64,000 nt of DNA from Nemertoderma westbladi (taxonomy: Eukaryota; Animalia; Xenacoelomorpha), in contig JAUCBJ010007955.1 of the NCBI GenBank assembly GCA_032718475.1, forward strand, positions 1-64,000, read 5' to 3'. Below are positions 13,635 through 23,800 of this stretch, piece by piece. Within the stretch, counting starts at the first letter, position 1. Every line of letters starts with the position of its first letter. The position numbers and the translations under genes were made by a program. Under the pieces are notes generated by a model, which was not told the DNA's origin, searched no databases, and saw only the letters and a program-made list of their open reading frames with translations.

Positions 13635-16600
13635 TAGGTCAGGTCAGGTCCCCAGATCCTGCTACCACTATGGCAGTAATGTGGTACTACCTGTAGCTGT
13701 CAGCCCAGTAGGGCTGTGCATAGCCTATTCATTATTTAGTTGATCAAGAGTGGGTTGGTTCAGCCCCGTCAACTAAATAAGTCACTGAGGGCTATAGCGC
13801 CTAGGGCACCATTGAAGGTAAAGGCTTGATACGCATCTGCATTAGAGATGATACACGCCCCGCCCTGTCTATACTGGATGCTCCTCTACCAGTGTTAGGT
13901 AACCTAACCCAGGAGGCACACTTGGTTCAGGGTGTAACAAATGGACCCCTACAGTCGGCAGCAGGGCTGTAGGCCATGGATAGGCGGAAGGTAATCAACC
14001 AACGGCTAGACATGCTGACAAGGTCGGCGGAAGGTAATCAACCAACGGCGACCTACTGCGAAGACGCTTGTAGGAGTTGCGACCACAAGCGGTTTACCCC
14101 CGCAACTGAAAGATATGAGTATGAGAACCCTCCAGGAGAAATACCGGCTCGGTCGTCGCCCGGGTCAACAAGGACCGCGTCCCTCAGTGGTACACCAGGC
14201 TGGGGTCGATAAATTGGCTACTGGAATAGAAGACAGAGAAGAAAGGAGAACCAACCTGTTGAAATGTAAAAAGACACTAAAGATTGCTACAATGAACGCA
14301 CGCACGCTGAAAGCACAGAGCAAACAGGGTGACATGGTCGCTCTGGCAATGGAATATAACATCGACATCATCTGCATCCAAGAACATCGGATTTGTCATG
14401 AAGACACTGCCATGAAGTACAATGACATTGGAAATGGATGGACGTTAGTAACAAGCTCAGCAGTAAGAAACTCGGCCAATGCATCAATTGGTGGAGTAGG
14501 AATTCTGCTAAGCCCATTTGCACTTAAGACCCTAAACAACATCGAATCTATAAATTCCAGGGTTATGATCGCAACATTTGATGGGAATCCCAAGACAACA
14601 GTTATATGTTGCTACAGTCCAACCAATGCATCAGAGCCAGAACAAGCAGTCAAGTTTTATGAAGAACTGACTGGACTTATTAAGGACATCCCGAAACACA
14701 ATGTTAAAGTCATTGCTGGTGACCTGAATGCGCAAATTGGCCCAGAAGACATCAAGGGTTACACCTATAACACCAGTTCTAACAGAAATGGGTACTTACT
14801 CTTAGACCTAATGGAAGAATGTGAATTGATACCAACAAACAACACATTCGAAAAGAGTAAGGGGAAGCTATGGACCTTTCAATACCCTAATGGAACCAAA
14901 GCACAACTGGATTACATCCTTATAAACAAAAAGTGGAGAAATAGCATGATCAACTGCGAGGCATACAGCTCGTTCAACCTAATTGGTTCGGACCACAGAA
15001 TTGTGACTGCAGAGATCAGACTCAGTTTGAGAGCCAGCAAACCCAGGACAAGCAAGCAAATCAACTATGACTGGGAGAAACTCAGAACTGACAATGCTGT
15101 AAAGGATGCTTATACAGTAGAAGTTCAAAACCGCTTTGAAGCACTTCAGTCAATGGATGAAGACCAATCCACCGATTCAATATACCAGAATATAATAACA
15201 GCCCACAAGGAATCAGCTAAGAGGCATATCCCCCAGAAACCTAAACGAAAACAGTATGTGCCATGGCAAAACTCTGAGGTTACTTGTAAGAGAGAAGATC
15301 TTAAGATAGCCTACAAAGTTAAAACCGAACAACCAACAACCGAAAACATTAACAAGGTTGAGAAAGCTAAGGACGATCTTAAATTGGCCTACAACATCAG
15401 CCAGGAAAAGTACATACAGGATAAAACTGAAGCAATTACAACTGCTCACATACAGCAACAATCAAGACTTACCTGGCAAACTGTAAATGAGGTATCTGGT
15501 CGGAAAAGTTGTGCAAAGGGGCGCCTCAAAGCCGATAGTCCTGAAGAACGTGTTGGGAAGTGGAAAAATCACTTCAGCAACTTGCTTGGGCAGCCACCAA
15601 ACATCGAGGTCAGCCCTACAAGGAAAATATATGACAAGACACTACCTATAGAAACAGGGGACTTCACACCTGCCGAACTCCAAAGAAGCATTAAAAGCAT
15701 GTCCAATAATAAAGCGAGTGGATTAGATGAAATCCCAGCGGAGGTATGGAAAACCGGAGTGCTAAATAGACCATTATTGAATGTTTGCAACCGGATGTTA
15801 AAAGGGGAAAAGCCACCACCAATTTGGACTAAAGGTCAACTAAAGCCTCTCCCCAAGAAAGGAGACCTCGGCATACCAACAAACTATCGTGGGATCTGTC
15901 TGCTTGTGGTAGCTGCCAAAATATACAATAAAATGATTCTATATAGGATTAGGCCTCACATAGAGAAACTACTGCGTAAGAGCCAAAACGGATTTCGACC
16001 AAGTAGATCAACAATAGCTCAGATACTTGCACTGCGGAGACTGATTGAACGAATTAAGTCAAAGAATCTCCCCGCAGTCATGACTTTTGTGGACTTCAAG
16101 AAGGCATTCGACTCCATCCATAGAGGTAAAATGCTTGAAATCCTAAGAGCTTATGGAATACCAGAAGTAATTGTTGCTGGCATTGGATTGCTATATTGTG
16201 ACACAGAAGCGCAGGTACTCTCACCAGATGGTGAAACTGAGTTTTTCTCAATCCTGGCTGGCGTACTGCAAGGTGACACATTAGCACCATTACTATTTGT
16301 AATTGTGCTGGATTACGCAATGAGGACGGCCACAAAGGGTGAAGATCTGGGATTCACACTTCAAGAAAGCAGAAGTAGTAGATATCCGGCAACTACAGTC
16401 ACAGACACCGACTTTGCGGATGACATCGCCCTGCTCTCTAATACGCTAGCAGATGCACAGCTTCTACTAAATAAAGTGGAGAGGGCTGCTAAGGAGGTTG
16501 GATTGCATATAAATGCTACCAAGACCGAATTCATGACCTTTAATGTTGATGGAAACTTGACAACCATTGATAATAATCAACTAAGGCAGGTCGATGACTT

Positions 16601-17162
16601 CCAGTACCTTGGATCATGGATAGAGAGTAGCAAAAAGGACATAGAAGTTAGGAAAGCAAAGGCTTGGGTAGCTCTATCAAAAATGGATACCATCTGGAAA
16701 TCAGATCTCTCCAGGCACCTGAAGACCAAGTTCTTTCGAGCCACAGTGGAAAGTGTATTTTTATACGGGGGTGAGACCTGGACACTGACTAAATCACTTG
16801 AACAACGAATTGATGGTTGCTACACAAGACTACTAAGGGCAGCCCTAAACATCAGCTGGAGACAACACATGACAAACGCCGAGCTTTATGGTACAATACC
16901 ACCTGTATCAACCACCCTCCGTGAACGCAGATTAAGATTCAGTGGGCACTGCTGGCGAAGTAAAGACGAGGTCATACCAGATCTACTTCTCTGGCAACCA
17001 ACTCATGGAAAGCGTAGTCGTGGACGACCTGCCATAACATATATAGATCAACTTGAAAGGGATACTGAACTTGGGAGAAACGAAATTGCGACAACTATGG
17101 AGAATCGGGAAGCCTGGAAGGATCTCATTTCCACTGTCCGAGTTCGCTCGACCAAGTAGTAG
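13635..17162 (+). mobile_element. Full-length RTE-clade LINE
   Basis: TSD TAAAGCTATTGGT at 13622-13634 and 17163-17175; ~480-nt 5' UTR; single ORF; very short 3' end with an (AGT)n tail overlapping the stop codon. Confidence 0.93.
14115..17159 (+). CDS. RTE LINE polyprotein (APE endonuclease plus reverse transcriptase), 1014 aa, intact
   Basis: APE motifs ATMNARTL, CIQEHR, GDLNA, DYIL, SDH; RT motifs VDFKKAFDS, GVLQGDTLAP, FADD, FQYLGS; C-terminal RGRP. Confidence 0.95.
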   Translation: MSMRTLQEKYRLGRRPGQQGPRPSVVHQAGVDKLATGIEDREERRTNLLKCKKTLKIATMNARTLKAQSKQGDMVALAMEYNIDIICIQEHRICHEDTAMKYNDIGNGWTLVTSSAVRNSANASIGGVGILLSPFALKTLNNIESINSRVMIATFDGNPKTTVICCYSPTNASEPEQAVKFYEELTGLIKDIPKHNVKVIAGDLNAQIGPEDIKGYTYNTSSNRNGYLLLDLMEECELIPTNNTFEKSKGKLWTFQYPNGTKAQLDYILINKKWRNSMINCEAYSSFNLIGSDHRIVTAEIRLSLRASKPRTSKQINYDWEKLRTDNAVKDAYTVEVQNRFEALQSMDEDQSTDSIYQNIITAHKESAKRHIPQKPKRKQYVPWQNSEVTCKREDLKIAYKVKTEQPTTENINKVEKAKDDLKLAYNISQEKYIQDKTEAITTAHIQQQSRLTWQTVNEVSGRKSCAKGRLKADSPEERVGKWKNHFSNLLGQPPNIEVSPTRKIYDKTLPIETGDFTPAELQRSIKSMSNNKASGLDEIPAEVWKTGVLNRPLLNVCNRMLKGEKPPPIWTKGQLKPLPKKGDLGIPTNYRGICLLVVAAKIYNKMILYRIRPHIEKLLRKSQNGFRPSRSTIAQILALRRLIERIKSKNLPAVMTFVDFKKAFDSIHRGKMLEILRAYGIPEVIVAGIGLLYCDTEAQVLSPDGETEFFSILAGVLQGDTLAPLLFVIVLDYAMRTATKGEDLGFTLQESRSSRYPATTVTDTDFADDIALLSNTLADAQLLLNKVERAAKEVGLHINATKTEFMTFNVDGNLTTIDNNQLRQVDDFQYLGSWIESSKKDIEVRKAKAWVALSKMDTIWKSDLSRHLKTKFFRATVESVFLYGGETWTLTKSLEQRIDGCYTRLLRAALNISWRQHMTNAELYGTIPPVSTTLRERRLRFSGHCWRSKDEVIPDLLLWQPTHGKRSRGRPAITYIDQLERDTELGRNEIATTMENREAWKDLISTVRVRSTK

Positions 17163-17490
17163 TAAAGCTATTGGTAATTCAAAATAATGTTGGTTTCATT
17201 CAATTACTTTACTATTTTCGGGAAATTATCTGGGGAGACGATCAATATAGAAACCTAGCTTCCAATAGATAGAAGATCATTTAATTTAATCTCCAATAAA
17301 AATAAGAATAAAAATAACAGAATATAATTATATGTGGATAAGTTCATATAATAAGTTCAACTTTAAATAAGTTGATTATTTCAAACAAATATACCAAAAC
17401 ACCAAAAATATATGTGGGGGTGGAAAGTCCTGGACGAAAAGTCCGAACGTAAAGTCCGGGGCAAATATTACAAAAGTCCGTACCTATCCC

Positions 17491-18100
17491 ATACCTTTCA
17501 TATTAACTTATACATTTCAGATTAACTTGATACATTTCAGATTAACTTGATACATTTCAGATTAACTTGATACATTTCAGATTAAGTTGATACATTTCTG
17601 ATTAACTTGATACATTTCAGATTAACTTGATACCTTTCAGATTAACTTGATACATTTCAGATTAACTTGATAAATTTCAGATTAACTTGATATATTTCAG
17701 ATTAAGTTGATACATTTCAGATTAACTTGATACATTTCAGATTAACTTGATACATTTCAGATTAACTTGATAAATTTCAGATTAACTTGATACAATTCAG
17801 ATTAACTTGATACTTAGCAGATTAACTTGATACTTGGCAGATTAACTTGATACTTGGCAGATTAACTTGATACTTGGCAGATTAACTTGATACATTTCAG
17901 ATTAACTTGATACATTTCAGATTAACTTGATACATTTCAGATTAACTTGATACATTTCAGATTAACTTGATACATTTCAGATTAACTTGATACACTTCAG
18001 ATTAACTTGATACTTGGCAGATTAACTTGATACCTTTCAGATTAACTTGATACATTTCAGATTAACTTGATAAATTTCTGATTAACTTGATATATTTCAG
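17491..18100. repeat. 20-bp minisatellite ATTAACTTGATACATTTCAG, left part (~30 units)
   Basis: Direct tandem array that resumes at 36718 after the LTR element. Confidence 0.97.
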
Positions 18101-18227
18101 TATAGAATTATATTCTCTAAATGCCGTGGATTTTCAAAATTTTATTTTATTCGAATTAACTTTGTAAAAGATTGCTTTGAATCCTCATTTGTATTTGTTA
18201 TATCTATTGTACGCCTATCGGTCAAGT

Positions 18228-18314
18228 GGTTCAGTAGCTCAGTCGGTAGAGCGTTGGAAATTATATGTGTAGTAGGTATTGAGTTCGAATCCTAGTAAGT
18301 GCGAATTATTTTTT
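18228..18314 (+). ncRNA. tRNA-derived Pol III cassette in the LTR (A box, B box, T-run); not a functional tRNA
   Basis: GGTTCAG-TAGCTCAGTCGGTAGAGC (D-arm/A box), GAGTTCGAATCC (B box, 18281-18292), then TTTTTT. Acceptor and anticodon stems do not pair. Confidence 0.7.
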
Positions 18315-18371
18315 GTACAGAATTTCAACTCATTTAAATTAACCGCTACAAATTAATTGCATTTGTCTGTA

Positions 18372-18643
18372 CCAATGAGACTGTAGTTATTTGATTGTAA
18401 CCAATGTCGTGCAAGTTATATATTAGCTGGACCAATAGCTATCTTTAAAACCCTGTTAGAACCTATAGAACAATCGAGAATTTTCTCGATTGATTGCGGC
18501 ACAAATTTAGTATATAAAGGTGCGATTTGTTCATTAGTTATTCACAATCTTATACTTCTCAGATTATCTTATCTTAGCAATATTCTGTCGTGCTTAGTTT
18601 ATTTCAGATTACATTGTATTATAATTATATCTTCTGTAATAAA
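18372..18643 (+). promoter_or_regulatory. Putative LTR Pol II promoter and polyadenylation signal
   Basis: CCAAT at 18372, 18401 and 18432 (~30-bp spacing), TATATAAA at 18511, AATAAA at 18638. Confidence 0.55.
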
Positions 18644-20001
18644 GTCAGAATTATCGCTAATCTGCTTTTTTCTATCTGTTTTACCATGATTCACTACGGT
18701 GAACAAAGTTAAGGACAGGATGGCCGGCTAGAAGATCGGGCCGCAGCAATGAACAGGAACATCACAGGAATGTAGACGAGAGACAACCCGCAATACCATC
18801 TTGAGTTGTTCGCCCATTGCCTGAAAGGTTAGACAGCGTTCGACATCTCGCTACCTAAGCGTAAGACCAAAAGATCAAAGGTAGAAGTAGTGGCACGCTG
18901 TGAGCCTAAAATTACATCTTAGGGACTGTACTGTCTTGATTCAGGAAAACCCACAGTAGACCTTCATATTCCTACAGGTAGAGGGAAAGAGCAGGCAGAT
19001 ACTAGTACGCAGATAGGACGTAGGCACACCGGTACGAAGCATACAAATTGGTAGGGTGCAGCAAACTGTACGCCTAACTCTTGCTAAGTGCAGGTGTGTG
19101 TGCGACTATTTGTAGTACGACAGTGTCCATTGCATTAGGACTTGTAGGCTAGGGGGGTTGCTGTGTTTTCACCTGAATTGGGATTGTACCGTTCAGGCGG
19201 TAGGGCAGTTTACAGCTAGGCGCAAATAAATTGAGGCTATTAGGGATACTAACATCTACCGTGTCCCCGCCAACGCCCTAATAGGAAGTTACCCGGACTA
19301 CCTGGGTGACTAAAATTCTAGATAGGAGCCAGGATAACTATTAGTAACTGTACGCCTACAGTAGTAAACTAACACATCTCTTCTCAGTATTAGGGACCTG
19401 GTACCTAAAAATTGCCGAATTCTGGGCGTAGCATTAACCTTATGCCTGAATTTGAGTCCTGGAAATACGCAAGAGGGGAAGGAACCTTGCTATTCGTGAG
19501 TATTGGACCTACAAGTTACAAAATTATAATATTCGTAAAATGCACACCGTACCCAGTAATTATATATGTGAAGGAGCAAAACTGTTTTTGACCGTTCAGA
19601 ATTAACACACGCGCGTTAGAAATTATTTACACCTCAAAATATATAAAATTAACTTTTGTCCGTACTGTGCTTTGCCCGCTAGTTAGACATCTCCAAATCT
19701 CTGCCTGTACCTAGCTAGCGTCTCTTCGCCCAAACCATATAAATCACACCGCGGCAAAGTGTACGAGCCCCTTAGTCCGTCAGTGAGTCAGCCTGATTTT
19801 AGGATTCGCTGCGCGGGATTTTGTTTTATCGAAGTTTGTCTGCTCGTAGACTGTTTTCTGCCTCACCGGTTATAAGAGATCAATACTGCAATATATTCGC
19901 TTACTTAGAGTTTACTGTTTTGGTGAGAAGGTCGGATTTATGATTTGATTCACAAACTTTACAGTAGGATATTGCAGGTATTGTTACCGTCTCTTCATAT
20001 A

Positions 20002-20012
20002 GTAGGAATATG
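20002..20012 (+). promoter_or_regulatory. Atypical primer-binding site GTAGGAATATG, complementary to LTR 18965-18975
   Basis: Directly abuts the 5' LTR end; lacks the TGG that would pair with a tRNA CCA; exact reverse complement of CATATTCCTAC. Confidence 0.55.
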
Positions 20013-20810
20013 TTTTACTGAACTACGGTACGGTAGGACTAAAGTTATTTGAAAATTTTGTATTTTGAGGTAAAAATTTATATTTGATTAGCTAAGTGCT
20101 AATTTTTTGAAATAAAATTTGATTTGAACCGCGTGTAATATATTTTTGGAATTGAATACCGGTGTTTAAAAGGGTTTAAATACCATATTGTACCGGTACA
20201 AAATTTTTCGTAAAGTAAAACCTAACTCTTTTGTTTTTCAGGATTCAGAACTCATTTCTAGACTGTAACGGGAGCAAGACCGTGTTTAGCAAGTTTGGGA
20301 GATAGATAACTCAACAACTTTGGTTGGGAAAATCGCGCTTCGTCCGCAACGCTGGAAACGGAAAGGTTCACGTTCGGTTTGTATCTGGGAATCTGTTTTT
20401 CTGGAGAATTATTGGAGTGGGTGAGTTCGAAAAGTTGCATAAATAAGTTAGGCATTACCGTATTAGTTAAAATTATTGTGGGTTCCACTGTCTCAAGTAT
20501 TTATGCATTCCGTATGATTTCTTTGTTCATTGCTGAATTAGTCCGTATTATTGTATTTAATTTACCTTTTGATAACGCATATCGTTATCCGATTTATTTG
20601 TTATAAAATTGGCCGCTAGGCTAATTTTATTATATACTTATTCCGTGACATTTATTTGCTGTAAAATTGGCCGTTTAGGCTAATTTTATCCATCTGCTAT
20701 AAAATCGGCCGGTAGGCTAATTTTATATGACTGTAATTAGTACCGTTTAGATATAAATTCGGTAAACTCGATACTTTGACACTCACTCTACTTGACTTAC
20801 AACTACCGAA

Positions 20811-23800
20811 ATGAGTGACAAACCAGACTATACGAAAAATACACCTACCGACTATGACTCATGCGACGGAGATAAGTCAGCAGCGGAAGAACAACAGGGG
20901 AAGACTCGCGAGCCTACCGAACCTACACCGTGTGCGTCACCAGTACATCCAACGGGAGTACCGGATGCCGTAGTACGAGGCGACGGCAGGACCGAGGACT
21001 TTCTAACTGTTCCGCAACCTAGGTATAGGGAAACGGACATGGTAAGTTCAGCAGGAAGTCAGGAAAGCGTTGTTAGGAGCGTCGGTGGATACATGGCGCA
21101 TATTACCAGGAGTATTGGAGAAGGCCAACGCATATTAGACGGGTTGACTGCTCCGATGTCTCGATTCGAGTTCTACACCCTCCAGGTTAGAGTACAGAGT
21201 AAAGTATATAAGTCCGTAGATAATCTAGTTGGCCTACAAGATCTAGCTAGACAGAGACAGGACATGGATACTCAACTTAGAATCCTCGAGAAACTAATGA
21301 TCGCTAGAGAGAAACTGATTCAGTTTAAGTCGACGATTAGACAGATACAACAGGAACAAGCGGACCAGTTGTTAGGTGAGTCAGTTTCGGACGAATTATT
21401 ACAGCCCGAGGAAGAACAGGAACTGTACCGACTGGATGGACAATTGAAACATCTGACGGACCACTTACGTATGTGCGGCGAGGATGTCGGAGATTGGGAA
21501 ACCGTGCCGGAATATACGAGGGAAACTTCACCCGTACGAATCGAATCGGCACCGGGAATACTGAATCAATCACTGGTGAGTATTCGCAGCGAGATTAACG
21601 AGGTAAGCATGGTCACGTCAGAAGTTGCTCGACAACAGCAACAGTTCTACAGACAGCAACACGAGATGGAAGAACAAACTCAACTGCTAATGATACAAAC
21701 AGCGGTAGAGGAAGAGAAAATACGTGTTGCGAATGTAGCGAGAATCTCTCATCTGCAGGAACAAGCCGAACTCGAAGCGGCCGAAATGGAAAGGTTAGAG
21801 TTGGACATTGCCCAACAAGCGGCAGCGGCCGAGTTAGCGCAACGAACGGCAACAGCCGAGTTAGAGCGACAAACGGCAGCGGCAGCGGCAGCGGCCGAGT
21901 TAGAGCGACAAACGGAAACGGCAGAGTTAGAAAGAAAAAGGTTAGTTTCAGAAGCCAGAGTCGAGATGAAGACACGGCAAATAAAAGCCCAACAAGCGAT
22001 ACGACAAGCAGAGTTCGAGGCGCAACAACAACAAACGGAACAACGAGAAAAGGAAGTTAAACTTCGTTTCGAACTTGAGAAAAGGGCGAGAGAATTAGCC
22101 GAAACCAAGGAAAATCTGGATCTTCTAGCCCGTGATCGATCGATGAGATCTCGTGACGGACATGATTTGGACCAGATAGAGGTAAGGCACCGCCAAATCC
22201 AGGAACGACTAAAGGAAGGTTCGATAGGAGCACCTGGACGGGAACGACAATTAGTAAAGGACTTATGTCAAAGATTCCCTCAAGTAACCCCTATGTTCGC
22301 ACCAGTTACAACTAAGGAATCTGTTTCGATTGCGGGTAGTAGTGATATTTCTCCTATCCATGGTGCGACGGAACACAGGTTTGTTATTCCGGACAAGTTT
22401 ACACCGCCAAGAGCAACGTCGTCGCCTATTCCGAAAGTCAAGGTAAGTAACCCACCGATTACAGATCGTAGTAGTTTGTTGACTGGACCTGCACTACTGA
22501 CGACTAAACAGGTGAGTCCACCTTTGACGCCAAAACCTGTTATACACTACGCTTACCCAATGACTTTTAGGCCAACAAGGCCTTTGGATTCAAATGCTGT
22601 CATTCGACCACGACTTCAGTTTACATCGCAATCTACGACTTCGAGGAAGACTTGTGAGCCTACCGAACAACGGAGAACAGTGGATACGCGACCGTTCAAC
22701 CAGTGTACATCGCAATCTACGACTTCGAGGAAGACTTGTGAGCCTACCGAACAACGGAGACTAGTGGATACGCGACTGTTCAACCAGTGTACATCGCAAT
22801 CTACGACTTCGAGGAAGACTTGTGAGCCTACCGAACAACGGAGATCAGTGGACGATGTTCCGAAACGGAATGTTAGAATTCGTACGACACAACGGACGCG
22901 AGCACGTCGACCACCATATCCAGATGATAGTAGTACTTCGAGCGAATCGGATTACCCGAAACGCGAGGTATTTAGAACAGGGGCGGCCGATGAATATAAA
23001 CGTGAGCGTTCAGACAACTCCTTTGCAGACAATCCTCCACAGAATACACCAACACAGAAGGCGTTACAACCAACGGACGCAATCAGTACACAACAGTTCG
23101 CCGACATCCTGCGACCAGTTGTTAACAAGTTGGCTCAGATTGAGGAGCGTCTGGAGGAAGTTCAAACCGACAGTTCGAGGAACACTGAGTTCGAACACAA
23201 TAGACACCCGAAGGAACCACAAAGACCGGTACCTTCAAAAAACACATCGTATCAGGGAAAAGCGCCAAGAAGGGATATCAACCAGTGTACCAACCAAGGA
23301 CGCGAAACTCTGAACGTTGCCGAGGAGATAGCGAAATTCGCAGCGAGACAAGGATTGCCGGTACAACAACCACCGAAGTTTTCTGGTAGTTCAAAACACT
23401 GGCACACATTCGTAGACTATATTGAATCTCAGATCGCCGTGTGCGCCTTTACATCACGGGAGAAGTTTAATTACCTGCTTCAAACGTTGTCAGGAGAACC
23501 TAAACGTTTGGCAGAGACCTTCGTTGGTGTACCGGACGCCTTCGAACTAGCGTACGATCGTTTAACTTCGATATACGGAGGTACAGTCAGTATGGCCAGG
23601 TCAGTAATAGAGGAACTCTGTAAGGGAGGGGCTATCACTAAACCCGTCGACTTATTAAAACTGGCCGACGAGATAAAGAACGCTATCACTACTTTAAGAT
23701 CCATTGGACAACTTGACTACGGGAATACCCCTACAGTCCTATTAAAGATCATAGGACGACTCCACCATCGACTTCGTCGGGAGTGGAGAAAGATCGAATA

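Larger units (their letters stand above)
18101..20001 (+). repeat. 5' LTR (1901 bp; TATAGAA...TTCATATA)
   Basis: Direct repeat of 34817-36717; boundaries are fixed by the TSD and by loss of identity on both sides. Confidence 0.95.

Noticed and set aside
18228-18303. Functional tRNA gene
   Set aside because: Acceptor and anticodon stems do not pair; kept only as a tRNA-derived cassette.
19099-19830. Group II intron-like GTGCGAC start inside the LTR
   Set aside because: No recognisable domain V/VI was found downstream.
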